Assembly (NCBI GenBank): GCA_964035575.1
Contig: OZ037846.1
Location: forward strand, 62,001 to 126,000
DNA length: 64,000 nucleotides
Direction: 5' to 3'
DNA from: Rhynchopus sp. YZ270_cl-10
Taxonomy: Eukaryota
This document shows, piece by piece, positions 1 to 10,300 of this stretch. The number at the start of each line of letters is the position of its first letter. Position 1 is the first letter of the stretch. The notes under the pieces are model-generated. The model did not search any database. It was not told the DNA's origin and worked only from the letters and a program-made list of their open reading frames with translations. The position numbers and the translations under genes were made by a program.

Positions 1-294
1 AAGAAGGGAGAGCAAAGGTTGTCCCCGCGACTCCCTTGAAATTGTCCGTGGGGGCAAAATGCCGGTTTTTGGGGGGGAACAATTTCACGGGGGAGGGTCG
101 GTCATAATAAAAACCCCTTTCAGCTTTTCTTTAGTTGGCGCTACCCACGTCAGACACGCAAACCTTTGCTATGTGTGAAGCAGGGGTGTGTAGTGCCAGA
201 TGTAAATCTGAGACAAACACAACAGTCCACTTCACAAAACACATCTGAGAGCAACACACAACACTGCTTCGGGAAACTGTCATTTTCCCATTTA

Positions 295-390
295 CCGTAT
301 TCGTAAAAATGTTCGAGCGTAAAAAAGGACGAACTTCCAGAAAAATCCTGAAAAGGACTTTATTACGGTCCAACATTTTTACGAATACGG
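295..390. mobile_element. ~96-bp MITE, Tc1/mariner(pogo)-like
   Basis: TIR CCGTATTCGTAAAAATGTT ... AACATTTTTACGAATACGG, flanked by TA on both sides (293-294, 391-392). Lies ~40 bp downstream of the cyclase stop codon. Confidence 0.75.
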
Positions 391-430
391 TACTATCATC
401 GCAGGATAACGGCAGATGGTTTATGTGCCA

Positions 431-2569
431 TCAGGAGCTGGTGACGTCCTTGGCTGTCGACACCACACGATACGCAGAAGATGCCTTGTGCGCCACAATC
501 ATGTGCTCGAGTGACTTCGGCAGTGCCCCACTCGGCAGCTCGTAGAGACACACATTGCCACAGCGCACAGCCTCCTCGCAGAGCGTCCAGGAGCGGCGCA
601 CTGTCGACCCCATGACGGTCACGAAACGCTGCTTGCGTGCACCTACGTCACCATGCTGCACAACCCCGCTCACAAACCCGGCACCAGAGACATGGCTGCT
701 GTCTTGGACGCGTTGTGCAAAGCGCAGTGCGGCTTCCATATGTGCAGAGGATGCGCGTGTCAGGTTCCATCCGATGCAGACGCAGTTCCCGAGTACAGAG
801 ACAAGCGTGCCGCCGCTCTGGTCCAGGGAGACAGTGAGAATGGAGAGCCCTGCACTCATGTTGTGCAGTGTGTGTGCGTGGCCGTCCTCGCCAACAAGCA
901 GCTCGACAACACCGAGCGTTGCGTCAAAAGGCTTTGGCAATGTCATCTGCCGCGCGAACTCCCTGGGGGACATGCTCAGGTTGCTCTTGTGAGAAGAGTC
1001 AGACCCATCTACACCTGCGCGCCACTTGTCGCGCAAGGGGTTCGCCTTACGTCCCGCAAGTGCAGCCGGCCACACACATAGAACAAACGTGGTCCCCGAC
1101 ACACCCTTCAAGTCAACTGCCTCCGACTCACCAACAAAGGCACGAAGTGACCCGCAGTCAGATGTCCACAGGTCAGATCGAATCGCCACAGCACCAGGTG
1201 TGCAACTACTTTCAAGGCGTGATGCGACATTCACAGTGTGTCCGAAGTAGTCCGTTCTCCCGGTCAGACTGCTTTGCTCCACAGTGACAGGCCCTGTGTT
1301 GATCCCAATGCGGACAGTGAGGCCACACCACAGCAAGCCCTGCTCAGCGCAGATCGGTGCGTCCTCCATAAGAGACGGCGGCCACTCCGCCTCGCGCAGC
1401 CGTTCGTGCACCTTCAGCGCAAAGTCCATCCCGTCCTGTGTCGTCGCAAAGGCAATCATGAAGGCGTCGCCAATTGTCTTCACCTCGTAGCCGCCGAAGG
1501 TGTGCATCACGTCCCGTATCACAGCGTTGTGGATGCGCAGCCCAGCACGCATCCCGTCAGGTGCAGCTTCCCAGATCGACGTTGACGCACGGATGTCTGT
1601 AAAGACGATGGTTGCTATCTCGCTGTCGAGCCCTGGCGGTGCCACGGTGGCGTGCTGCGCACCGCACATCTCGTCCTCTTCCTCAAACAGCGCAGCAGGG
1701 AGGTAGGGACGGTACTTCCGCAGGTTGCCCTCCATCTTGCGCAGCGTTGCGTGCATCTCCTCTGGGAGCAGCGTCTCCTGTACATCAAGCATGCGCGCCA
1801 CACCCTCCACGTCGTACCTCGCCAGCAGCGACGCAATCTCCTGCACAGCGTTGATCGTCTGCTGCATTGCCTCCTGCTCCTTGAGAATGCCACGTGCGAA
1901 GCCCCGTGTTGCTAAGAAGTCCAGCATGAAGACGGTGACTGATGTGGGCAGGCTCAGCGGCGGGAATTGGACGGGACAGGGCGGTCTTCCACACGACGTG
2001 AGAGCAGCGTAATACTGCTGCCTCCCGAAGGGTCCGTCCTGCGGGATGAGGCCAGGCAGGTCGAGGATGCCGAACCTGAAGCTCTCCTCAAGCGCAAGCA
2101 CGAAGAGCCACACGACGACCGCAGACACGAGGCCAATGGTGTACCTCGCAGGTACCTGCATCACAAGAAGCATGTCAATGACCAGCACCAGCAGCGGCCA
2201 TGCGGGCGACATCACCTGACGCCCTATGACATCCCACAACAACAACAATGCACTCTGCGCGTAGAACAGCACGACAATGTGTCCTGACCGCAACGGCAGG
2301 CGCAGCAGCACTGCAGCAACGCCCGTACTCTGGATTAACGCCATCATGATGTACGAGGCCAAGCGCAGCTTCTGTGAGAAGATCTCGTCGAAGATCGACA
2401 GCAGCACAACCATCGTGGTAACGCCCGCAACAGCGCTGTAGCAGAAGAACAGTGTTCGCTTCTTCTGCTCCTTCGTATCCAACGTGCCGTCCAGCGTGCG
2501 CACGGCCTCGACCCACCCTCGCCAGCTTGTCTCTGCTTCACTACCACTCAGCTCTGTCACAATGTCCAT
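431..2569 (-). CDS. Multi-pass (~6 TM) adenylyl cyclase, class III, with a degenerate second cyclase-like domain (AC1, 712 aa)
   Basis: Six hydrophobic segments, then YRPYLP, VFTDIRAST, EVKTIGDAFM, VRIGINTG, DYFGHTVNVASRLE. Metal-binding D/D, ATP-specifying K/D and catalytic N/R are all present. Confidence 0.9.
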   Translation of the reverse strand: MDIVTELSGSEAETSWRGWVEAVRTLDGTLDTKEQKKRTLFFCYSAVAGVTTMVVLLSIFDEIFSQKLRLASYIMMALIQSTGVAAVLLRLPLRSGHIVVLFYAQSALLLLWDVIGRQVMSPAWPLLVLVIDMLLVMQVPARYTIGLVSAVVVWLFVLALEESFRFGILDLPGLIPQDGPFGRQQYYAALTSCGRPPCPVQFPPLSLPTSVTVFMLDFLATRGFARGILKEQEAMQQTINAVQEIASLLARYDVEGVARMLDVQETLLPEEMHATLRKMEGNLRKYRPYLPAALFEEEDEMCGAQHATVAPPGLDSEIATIVFTDIRASTSIWEAAPDGMRAGLRIHNAVIRDVMHTFGGYEVKTIGDAFMIAFATTQDGMDFALKVHERLREAEWPPSLMEDAPICAEQGLLWCGLTVRIGINTGPVTVEQSSLTGRTDYFGHTVNVASRLESSCTPGAVAIRSDLWTSDCGSLRAFVGESEAVDLKGVSGTTFVLCVWPAALAGRKANPLRDKWRAGVDGSDSSHKSNLSMSPREFARQMTLPKPFDATLGVVELLVGEDGHAHTLHNMSAGLSILTVSLDQSGGTLVSVLGNCVCIGWNLTRASSAHMEAALRFAQRVQDSSHVSGAGFVSGVVQHGDVGARKQRFVTVMGSTVRRSWTLCEEAVRCGNVCLYELPSGALPKSLEHMIVAHKASSAYRVVSTAKDVTSS

Positions 2570-3479
2570 CCTCCCTTACCTGAAAGTATTTGCACCGTGG
2601 AACGGCGCGAAAGGTTTAGGTCGTCCTTTAAAAATCAAAAATGGGTTTCTGTAGTGGGGTCGGTGTGCCTGGGAGGGAACTGGTTTTGAAAAAACACATA
2701 AAAAACCCGTATAAAAACCCACTGTGGGAGGGGGTCGGAAATGGAGTATAAAAAAATTGACTAAAATACGAAGCCCTCTCGTGACAGTGTACCTTGACAG
2801 ACAGTGTACATGACCGGCTGTAACGGAGAAAAAAAATGGAGCACGAACGGTGACGTCAAAAAAGGGGGAAGGGGAAAAATATCTTTTTTTTTTATCGTTG
2901 TAGTAACTTCTAACAAATTAGATTCATGTCCTTTTTATTTTCAATTCATGGATAACAAAAAAAAACGCATTTTGAGAAGGGTGCGACGTTCTATTTTAAA
3001 TTTGCTGATTTAAAAAAATATCTTTGAGGCGCTACACAATCAACTTGATGACGTGCACTTCAAGAAAGCTGGCCCGTTCTATTGTTTCGAAGCCTTAACA
3101 AAAAGAAGGAATCTCTCAACTGCGAAAGACCCTACGCTGCTAACGAACCACGTTTTTTTTTTTTTTGTTTTTTTTGTGTTGTTTCTTTTTTGTTTCTTGT
3201 TCGGAATGTGGCCAAAAAAAAAAATCTAAACTAAAAGGCAACAAGAGAAAAGCTGAAGGATGCATACGCCCCACCTTGCAATACACATCTTCAGAGTTGA
3301 CACCATTTGCAATTCTAAACTGGGAAGGTATTTGGGATGCTTCTCCACCCATTGGTGGTGTTTTCAAAACCGATGAAAGGTAACCGTACGTGCAAAAAAA
3401 TAGTAACTCTGATAAATAAAAGGGAAAAAAAAAGGGTTTTTTTCGACTGCACAATTACCCTGTTGGAGGGGGGGGGGGG

Positions 3480-4687
3480 TTAGGGTCTATCAAAAGGGTA
3501 CTAAAAAGGGTGGCAAAAAGTCATTTTTTTAAAAAAACCCCAACCACGGCTTTCATAGTGTTTCTGACCATACCAACCCACCCACACACCCCCAAAAACC
3601 GTCTCTCTTTACCCTTTTTTGGCACTTCGGTGGCCCTGATTTTAAAAAATCAGGAAAAAAAAATGGGTGTCCATGACTTCGTACCTTTTCACCCCCCCTC
3701 TGTTCCCACATTTATTTAAAATTCAGTTTCCTCTTCTGCTTTGGGCGAGTACTGCTGGATGAAACCAGAAAATATGTCCATTGGGACCCCAAAAATCGAA
3801 TTCCGCCCGGTTTTGAGCACTTTTGACCACTTCTGAGCGACTTTTTTGCATTTTTTCAAAAGTGACCACCAACTTGTACCTGCCCACCCCCCCGTAGGTA
3901 GAGCAACTCACATATTCATCACGCCTCGCAGTGAGCCAGGGGCCAGAAAAGCCCCCAAAGCCACATATTTTCACCCCAGAACCTATCCCGAAGGGTACCC
4001 AGGCGGTTTCGGGGTGTTTAGAGGGACTTGGTGGAACTTAGAACCATGTTTCAAAAAGTGTCCATGAACTCGTACCAAGGGTTTGCCCTCCCAAGGGACC
4101 AAGTACTTGTACCCTTTTTGAAACATGGTTCTAAGTTCCACCAAGTCCCTCTAAACACCCCGAAACCGCCTGGGTACCCTTCGGGATAGGTTCTGGGGTG
4201 AAAATATGTGGCTTTGGGGGCTTTTCTGGCCCCTGGCTCACTGCGAGGCGTGATGAATATGTGAGTTGCTCTACCTACGGGGGGGTGGGCAGGTACAAGT
4301 TGGTGGTCACTTTTGAAAAAATGCAAAAAAGTCGCTCAGAAGTGGTCAAAAGTGCTCAAAACCGGGCGGAATTCGATTTTTGGGGTCCCAATGGACATAT
4401 TTTCTGGTTTCATCCAGCAGTACTCGCCCAAAGCAGAAGAGGAAACTGAATTTTAAATAAATGTGGGAACAGAGGGGGGGTGAAAAGGTACGAAGTCATG
4501 GACACCCATTTTTTTTCCCTGAATTTTTAAAATCAGGGCCACCGAAGTGCCAAAAAAGGGTAAACTCGGGGCCTGAGACGGTTTTTGGGGGTGTGTGGGT
4601 GGGTTGGTATGGTCAGAAACACTATGAAAGCCGTGGTTGGGGTTTCTTAAAAAATGACGTTTGCCACTAGCTTTTGATAGACCCTAA
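3480..4687. mobile_element. Foldback element FB-A (two ~575-bp inverted arms, 55-bp spacer) inside a G-run
   Basis: 3480-4058 is the near-perfect reverse complement of 4114-4687; the ORFs 3723..3974(-) and 4198..4449(+) are identical mirror images. Ends TTAGGGTCTATCAAAAG / CTTTTGATAGACCCTAA. G12 on the left, G10 on the right. Confidence 0.85.
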
Positions 4688-5796
4688 GGGGGGGGGGTGG
4701 TGATCGGCGACCGTATCTGAGGAACTATTTCCTCCTTTTAAGCTACGCTTGTAGGTAAAAAAAAAAGTTCCAACTATCGAAGAGGCTCTGAAGATTTTGA
4801 AAGATGAATGTGCGGCACTGCCTCTCGATGGCACATTACAGTAATAGACAATGATGTGGATTGAGTGGAAGAGGTTGCAAAGACGTCTTGCATTACCACA
4901 TGGCAGATGGCGAGTGAGAAGGGTGGGACAAGAGAGAACACAGGAGAGGGAAGAGGCATATTATTTTTCTTGTAGTTTCGTTTTCTTTTTTAAAAGTGGT
5001 TCATGTTGTTCGGCGTGGAATGGGGGGTCTTTTTTTTGCCACAAAAATTTAACTGTAAGCAAAAAGACCTCTCTGTTATGGTGACCAGCAACACGGGGCT
5101 GCCCGTAACTATTCTGTCCTACATCCATTTCGTGGTTTGTGGAAGAAAAAAAAACAAAACAAAAACATGGGAAAAGGTGGGAGGGAAAGTAATTAAAAAG
5201 GGGGAAAAGAGAAAAAGTTTGTTAAATGATCCTAAGCCTCACCTACTTAGCCACAACTATGGTGCAATGCTTCTTCGGAACTACCCCACAGTTGCTTTCA
5301 CACTATACAACTTGAAAAGCAACAGATCAGGGGAAACAAGCACCGTGGAATTGTCCACAGGCTGGGACGAACCCATAACGTCAGGGTGCTGGGTGTAACA
5401 AATGGCACAAAGACCTAGACAGGCATCACACACCAACCTTCAAAGAACCCTTTGTGCCTTCAGTTGCTGTGCCTGGCTGGCATGGGAGAACTTTGAACAG
5501 TGATGGGCGAACTTCGCAGGAAACACCACTACGGTCTATGTGGGTGGCACAAAATGCTCGAGAGACTCGTTACTCTTTGCTTGTTGCTCAAAAGGATAAA
5601 AAGGGGAAGAGGAAAAATTTTGGTTGTTTGTTGTTCGACCAATTCTTCCACCTGACCCATTCACCCAATTGTTCTTCCACCAATTTTTTTTTTTTCTTCT
5701 CTTTTCTTTTCTCGACTTGATAACGGTAAATACGCAGATTTACGGTTTGAATGTGTTTTTCCTGAAGTACAGAAAATGTTGTGGAGCACAGGGGGA

Positions 5797-5880
5797 AAGA
5801 GAGGGGGAAACAAGCGGGGAGGTGGATACGCCGAACGCGCGACTTTTCACGAGGGTCTCGAGCATTTTGTCAAATACTAC
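5797..5880. repeat. Dispersed ~85-bp repeat (second copy at ~58064-58146)
   Basis: GAGAGGGGG.AACAAGCGGGGAGGTGGATACGC..ACGCG.GACTTTTCACGAGGGTCTCGAGCATTTTGTCA is shared by both loci. Confidence 0.8.
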
Positions 5881-6318
5881 GTGTTTACTAAAAAAAAAAC
5901 GACAGAAAAATAGAACAAAAAAAACATAAAGGTGAATAAATTCTCATAACGTGAAAAGCTGAACGCAGCCTCTCTCTCGTTTTGTAGTTTCGACCAGAAC
6001 CCCGTTCGAGGAAGGGTTCTGTACACACAGTTTTTTTTAGCTACAAAAAATTGTAGTTTTGAAACCTGGACCCACACCCTACGCACATATTCAGACTGAC
6101 CTACTGCGAAATGCAAAGTACCTTACACGAGGCACGCTCTGCTCTAACAGTTGAGAACAAATAGCACCCCTTTTGTTTTTTTTGCTCCTAATTGGTTTTT
6201 GAGTGGCTCCTTACGCAGCAACTTAGAGGGAAACCGGCCCTACACGGACTGACTGCTTTGGGGGAAACGGTACAGTCAACGCCCATAGCAGACGTGGCAA
6301 AAAAAGAAACACGAAAAA

Positions 6319-6407
6319 GTGAAGTTGATAGTGCCCACGCAGGCACTGACCCTCCGCGCGGGTTATCGAACCCCCCCGGAGTGTTGCGGACTAAAAGAGC
6401 AGGAAAA
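6319..6407. repeat. Short interspersed element of the GTGAAGTT family (related copies 9380-9451 and 49026-49095)
   Basis: ACGCAGGCACTGACCCTCCGCG..GGTTATCGAACCCCCCCGGAGTGTTGCGGA..AAAGAGCAGGAAAAA is near-identical at 6337 and 9380, with a diverged copy at 49026. Confidence 0.7.
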
Positions 6408-7226
6408 ACACAGAACAAAACGTCCCTCAGGATTACATCAACAAAAGGGCAGAAGAGAAAAACAGAGAAGAGGGAAATCTTTATAATCTTTGAAAGCAAA
6501 AGTTGTGTGCAGCTACAAAACCTAGTAGGTAGTTACCACCTCCCCGCACCCCGACACCCGATCGCAAAAATGAAAACTAAGAAACTTGAAAACATGACTG
6601 GTGACTCTCTCTCGTTGCACACCCATCTAATAAAAGAGGGAGGCTTTGATCAAAAAAAAAAAATACAAATTGTTTGGCATATGTGCAGTCACCATTTGAT
6701 CCTACATTGTTCAATTGTGGGGAGACCCTGCCCTCAACAACACTATTCACAAAATCACTTGAATGAACTGAAGCCTCGTGCTTAGTCATTTGAGAGGAGG
6801 GGGGGAAACATCCTTGTTTTCTTTTGAAAACACAGTCGTCAAGGATGTTCACTATTTGTTTCCATCGTTTTTTTTAAAATGGGCAAACAACATTCAAAAA
6901 CCTTCAAAAAAATCCTAAAAAAATCTTCGGAAACTGTTTTGCGACCTTTTTTATGATACTCCACGCATAAGACATAAGGGATATACCTCTGGCACGTACC
7001 AAAATGCACGGACACACCATTTAACACACATAACAACGGAACCATCACAGCTACAACAACTCTGTTCTTCCTTGACCCTGTCCTGTTTCAAGCTGATCGG
7101 TGACAGAAAAAGCACCAAAAAAAAGACAATAGTATTGTACGGATAAAAATTCAGATCTAATTCTAAAACGAGAACACAGGGGGCAAACCCTGTAAAAACC
7201 CGTAAATTTCACACAATAGAGGAGGG

Positions 7227-7275
7227 GATTTCCTGTTAGGGATTTCCTGTTAGGGATGTCCTGTTAGGGATTTCT
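7227..7275. repeat. Tandem repeat, 14-bp unit (GATTTCCTGTTAGG) x~3.5
   Basis: Read directly from the sequence. Confidence 0.8.
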
Positions 7276-7354
7276 ATCTAAAAAACTTACTTTCTCCCCA
7301 AAAAATACCCAAAAAAACCCAACTCTAAACCCCAAAAACCCAAAATACCCCAAA

Positions 7355-10300
7355 TCAATGCACAATCGGCTGGGTCATGTAGTGCGTATCGGTGAGAGGG
7401 TTTGCCACGTATGAGGGAGGGGGTGCAAAGCTTTGGACCCCGCCTCCGTCTGTCCTGCTTGGGGTTACCAGGGCGGATTCCGGGCGGGCGAAGGAGCGTC
7501 CTCGGCCACTGCCGCTGGGGACGTATGGTGGCTCCTCGTAGGTGACTGGTAGGGGGTTTGCGTCAGCGACACCGCCAGGAGGTGCACCCACCTCTGCCGG
7601 GGAGTAGAAGTACGGTGAATCGTATTTGTCGCCAGCCTGCCTCTCGCTTTCGATGGTGCTGGCGTCCTTCTCGAGAAGCGGGTTCGTCGCGTCGTCGTTC
7701 TTGTCTGAAGTGTTGTTGCCCTTCTTCTTGAGCAGCATATACACAACACCCAAGCACAGCAGCAAACACAGCACACCCAGGCCGATGAGGACAAGAAGCT
7801 TCCAGAGGGCAAAGTCATCGTCGTCGTCGTCGGTGGCAGCGCCGGCAGCTGCGAGGGCACCAGCACCGCAGACACCGTGGAGGGGTGCGCCTCTGTGTGG
7901 GGTGGTGGGAGTTTTTGCGGAAAATAAAATACTGCTGAACGACCTAAAAGATGATCACGCGAATCGCATATTGTGGTGTACGTTGGGAAAAAGGGCAAAC
8001 AAAGCAGGCCCGCAGTTGCATACCCTCTGTTCACAGGCGAGCATGGCCTGTCCGAGATGGGGACGTTCTGTGCCCCTGTGCAGTCGCATGGGAAGATGAC
8101 GGTGGCGGGGTCAGCCTCAAGGCGTGCAAGGCTGCCGATCGCATCGCCACACTGCGTCAAGCTGGAGAAGCCTGTGCGTGCGTAGGCCTGTGGTGTTGGT
8201 GTGTGGTCTGAAAATGAATTACCGCAGCATGCAAATGATGGGTATTTTGCGAGGGCGAACAGTGTACTGTCCTTGCTTGGTGCGCCTTTGAGGATGCGTA
8301 CCAAATGGAAAGCAAGGCTTGTGCCGTTAGAGATCAAGAGGGTTGTTGCCAACCTTAATGTCGCGTGGTGTGGTGCATGGAAGAGACAATGCTGCAGGCA
8401 TACCAGGTTCGAGGCAAGGTCGCAGTACAGTGCGCCGTACTCTGTGGCGTCGACGTCAGGGCGGCTGACGGTCTGGCACACCTGGCCACTAATCTTGGTG
8501 CTGATGGAGTACTCCACGTCGTTGCAGCTGTAAGGGGGTGTAGTGTTGTGTTGACAAATCGCTAGGTACCCACATTAGTACAGTGGTGGCTGCATACGTG
8601 CATACGTATGCGTATGCACACGTATGCACGTATGCGTTTTTGTGCATACGCATATGCTGTATGCTGCACGTTTTCTACACTACCGTCGGTGAAAAGCCGC
8701 CGTCGCTGCGGCTGTCTCCACTGCGGAAAAGGCAGCGTCGAAGCCTGCGGCTAAGATGTCCCGCGTGTCCGAGTCTCCATGGGAGGGGGCAGTGTTGGCA
8801 GAGTACGTGTACGTTGTACTTTTTATACTTGAACTTTTGTACTTTTTGACGTACTTTTTGGCGCCCAAATCCGTACTTTATGACCCTATATTTTACCCTG
8901 GGAATTCGACACAAGAAGAAGTCCGTTTTGGCTGACCGCTGTGAAGCTGACCCGCATCCCCCCTCACTCGTGCCAGTGCGAGAGAACATTCTCCGATATG
9001 GGGTTCGTCACTTGTGCACGTGGGCACAATATGGGACCTGTGAACATTCACCGCGCCACCTCGCTGTACAAAAAACTGAGGGTGAACAGGGAGGAGTGCT
9101 GGTGGGGGGCGGAGAATCCGGAGGGGGAGAACGAACCACCGACAAAGCGGAGGAAGAAGACTGATGACGCGCCCGTAAGCGAGATTGACTTTACTACCAT
9201 TCTGTGAACCCCATAACCCCATCCCTTTTCCCCCTCCCAACTGTTCGAGGTGTAGCCATCTACCCCCTACTGTATCCCGACTTTGTTGGACCACACGTGA
9301 TCACACGTGACCGACAGGAAACACCATCTCCCATTGCTTCTTGACTCCGAAGCGTCGCTGTTCGAGAACCAGGTGCCAGGACGCAGGCACTGACCCTCCG
9401 CGGGTTATCGAACCCCCCCCGGAGTGTTGCGGAAAAAAAGAGCAGGAAAAACACGTTGTTGACGCTCGAGAGACTCGTACGCCTGAAGGTGTCCTTGCGG
9501 CAGGTCTTGTGTTCAGAAGACTTTACAACCCATGTCACGAAGCTGAAGCGCAAGCCTGCGAGGGACACTGCCAATGAATGGTCGGAGAAACTGCTTGCGA
9601 ACAACTTCTGGAAGCGGGCGCAGCGGCATCGATGTGGCGAAGGTTATATTCTTCGAACTGCGTATCTTCGACAGCTGCAGGACGCATGAGGGCGAGGTGA
9701 CTGGCACCATTGAAGGTGTCAAGCACAGCTTTGCGAGGATGAAGAAGAACATCGACGCACTCCAGTGTGATGACTTCCTCACTGCGCCGCGCAAGCAGCA
9801 AGCATCTCTGCGACTTGGTGGACACGAGGTGGCGTACCAAGAGACCGATCCACGAGGACACTGCCTTGTAGGCCCTCAAAGCAAAAGTACTCCCTACCAG
9901 TCTTTTTGCAACACCTCAAACGTGGTGTTGGTCATCTTGAAAAAAGTTGAATTGAAATACAAAGCCCTCTCCAAAAATGCTTGTTTCTCTTTGCTTGTTG
10001 CTCAAAAGACTATAAACGGGAGGGGGAGGATAATCTGAAACATACGTGTCGGACTTGAAGACCACGAAGGATATTTCTGCAGGCTCGCAACAGGTGAGCG
10101 CATCGCACAGATCATTTGCACAGGTTTTGTTCGTGTAGACGCGGTTTGAGGCACACAGCCCTGCGTTGAAGGTTGTGCAGAGCACGCGTGGGCAGTGCAC
10201 CGTCTGCGTCTCTGTGTCGGCAACGGCACGTCCTGCGAGGGTCGTGCCGCTGTTGCGTGCGTTGTTGACACCATTCGAGACTGTCAGCAGACGGTCGCAC

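Noticed and set aside
3480..3485. Telomeric TTAGGG at the FB-A ends
   Set aside because: A single unit only, with no array; likely coincidental with TAGG-type TIRs.
3723..4449. Duplicate 83-aa ORFs on opposite strands
   Set aside because: A consequence of the foldback palindrome; no protein features.
6330..6400. tRNA gene
   Set aside because: Only an imperfect B-box-like motif; no cloverleaf or A-box could be built.
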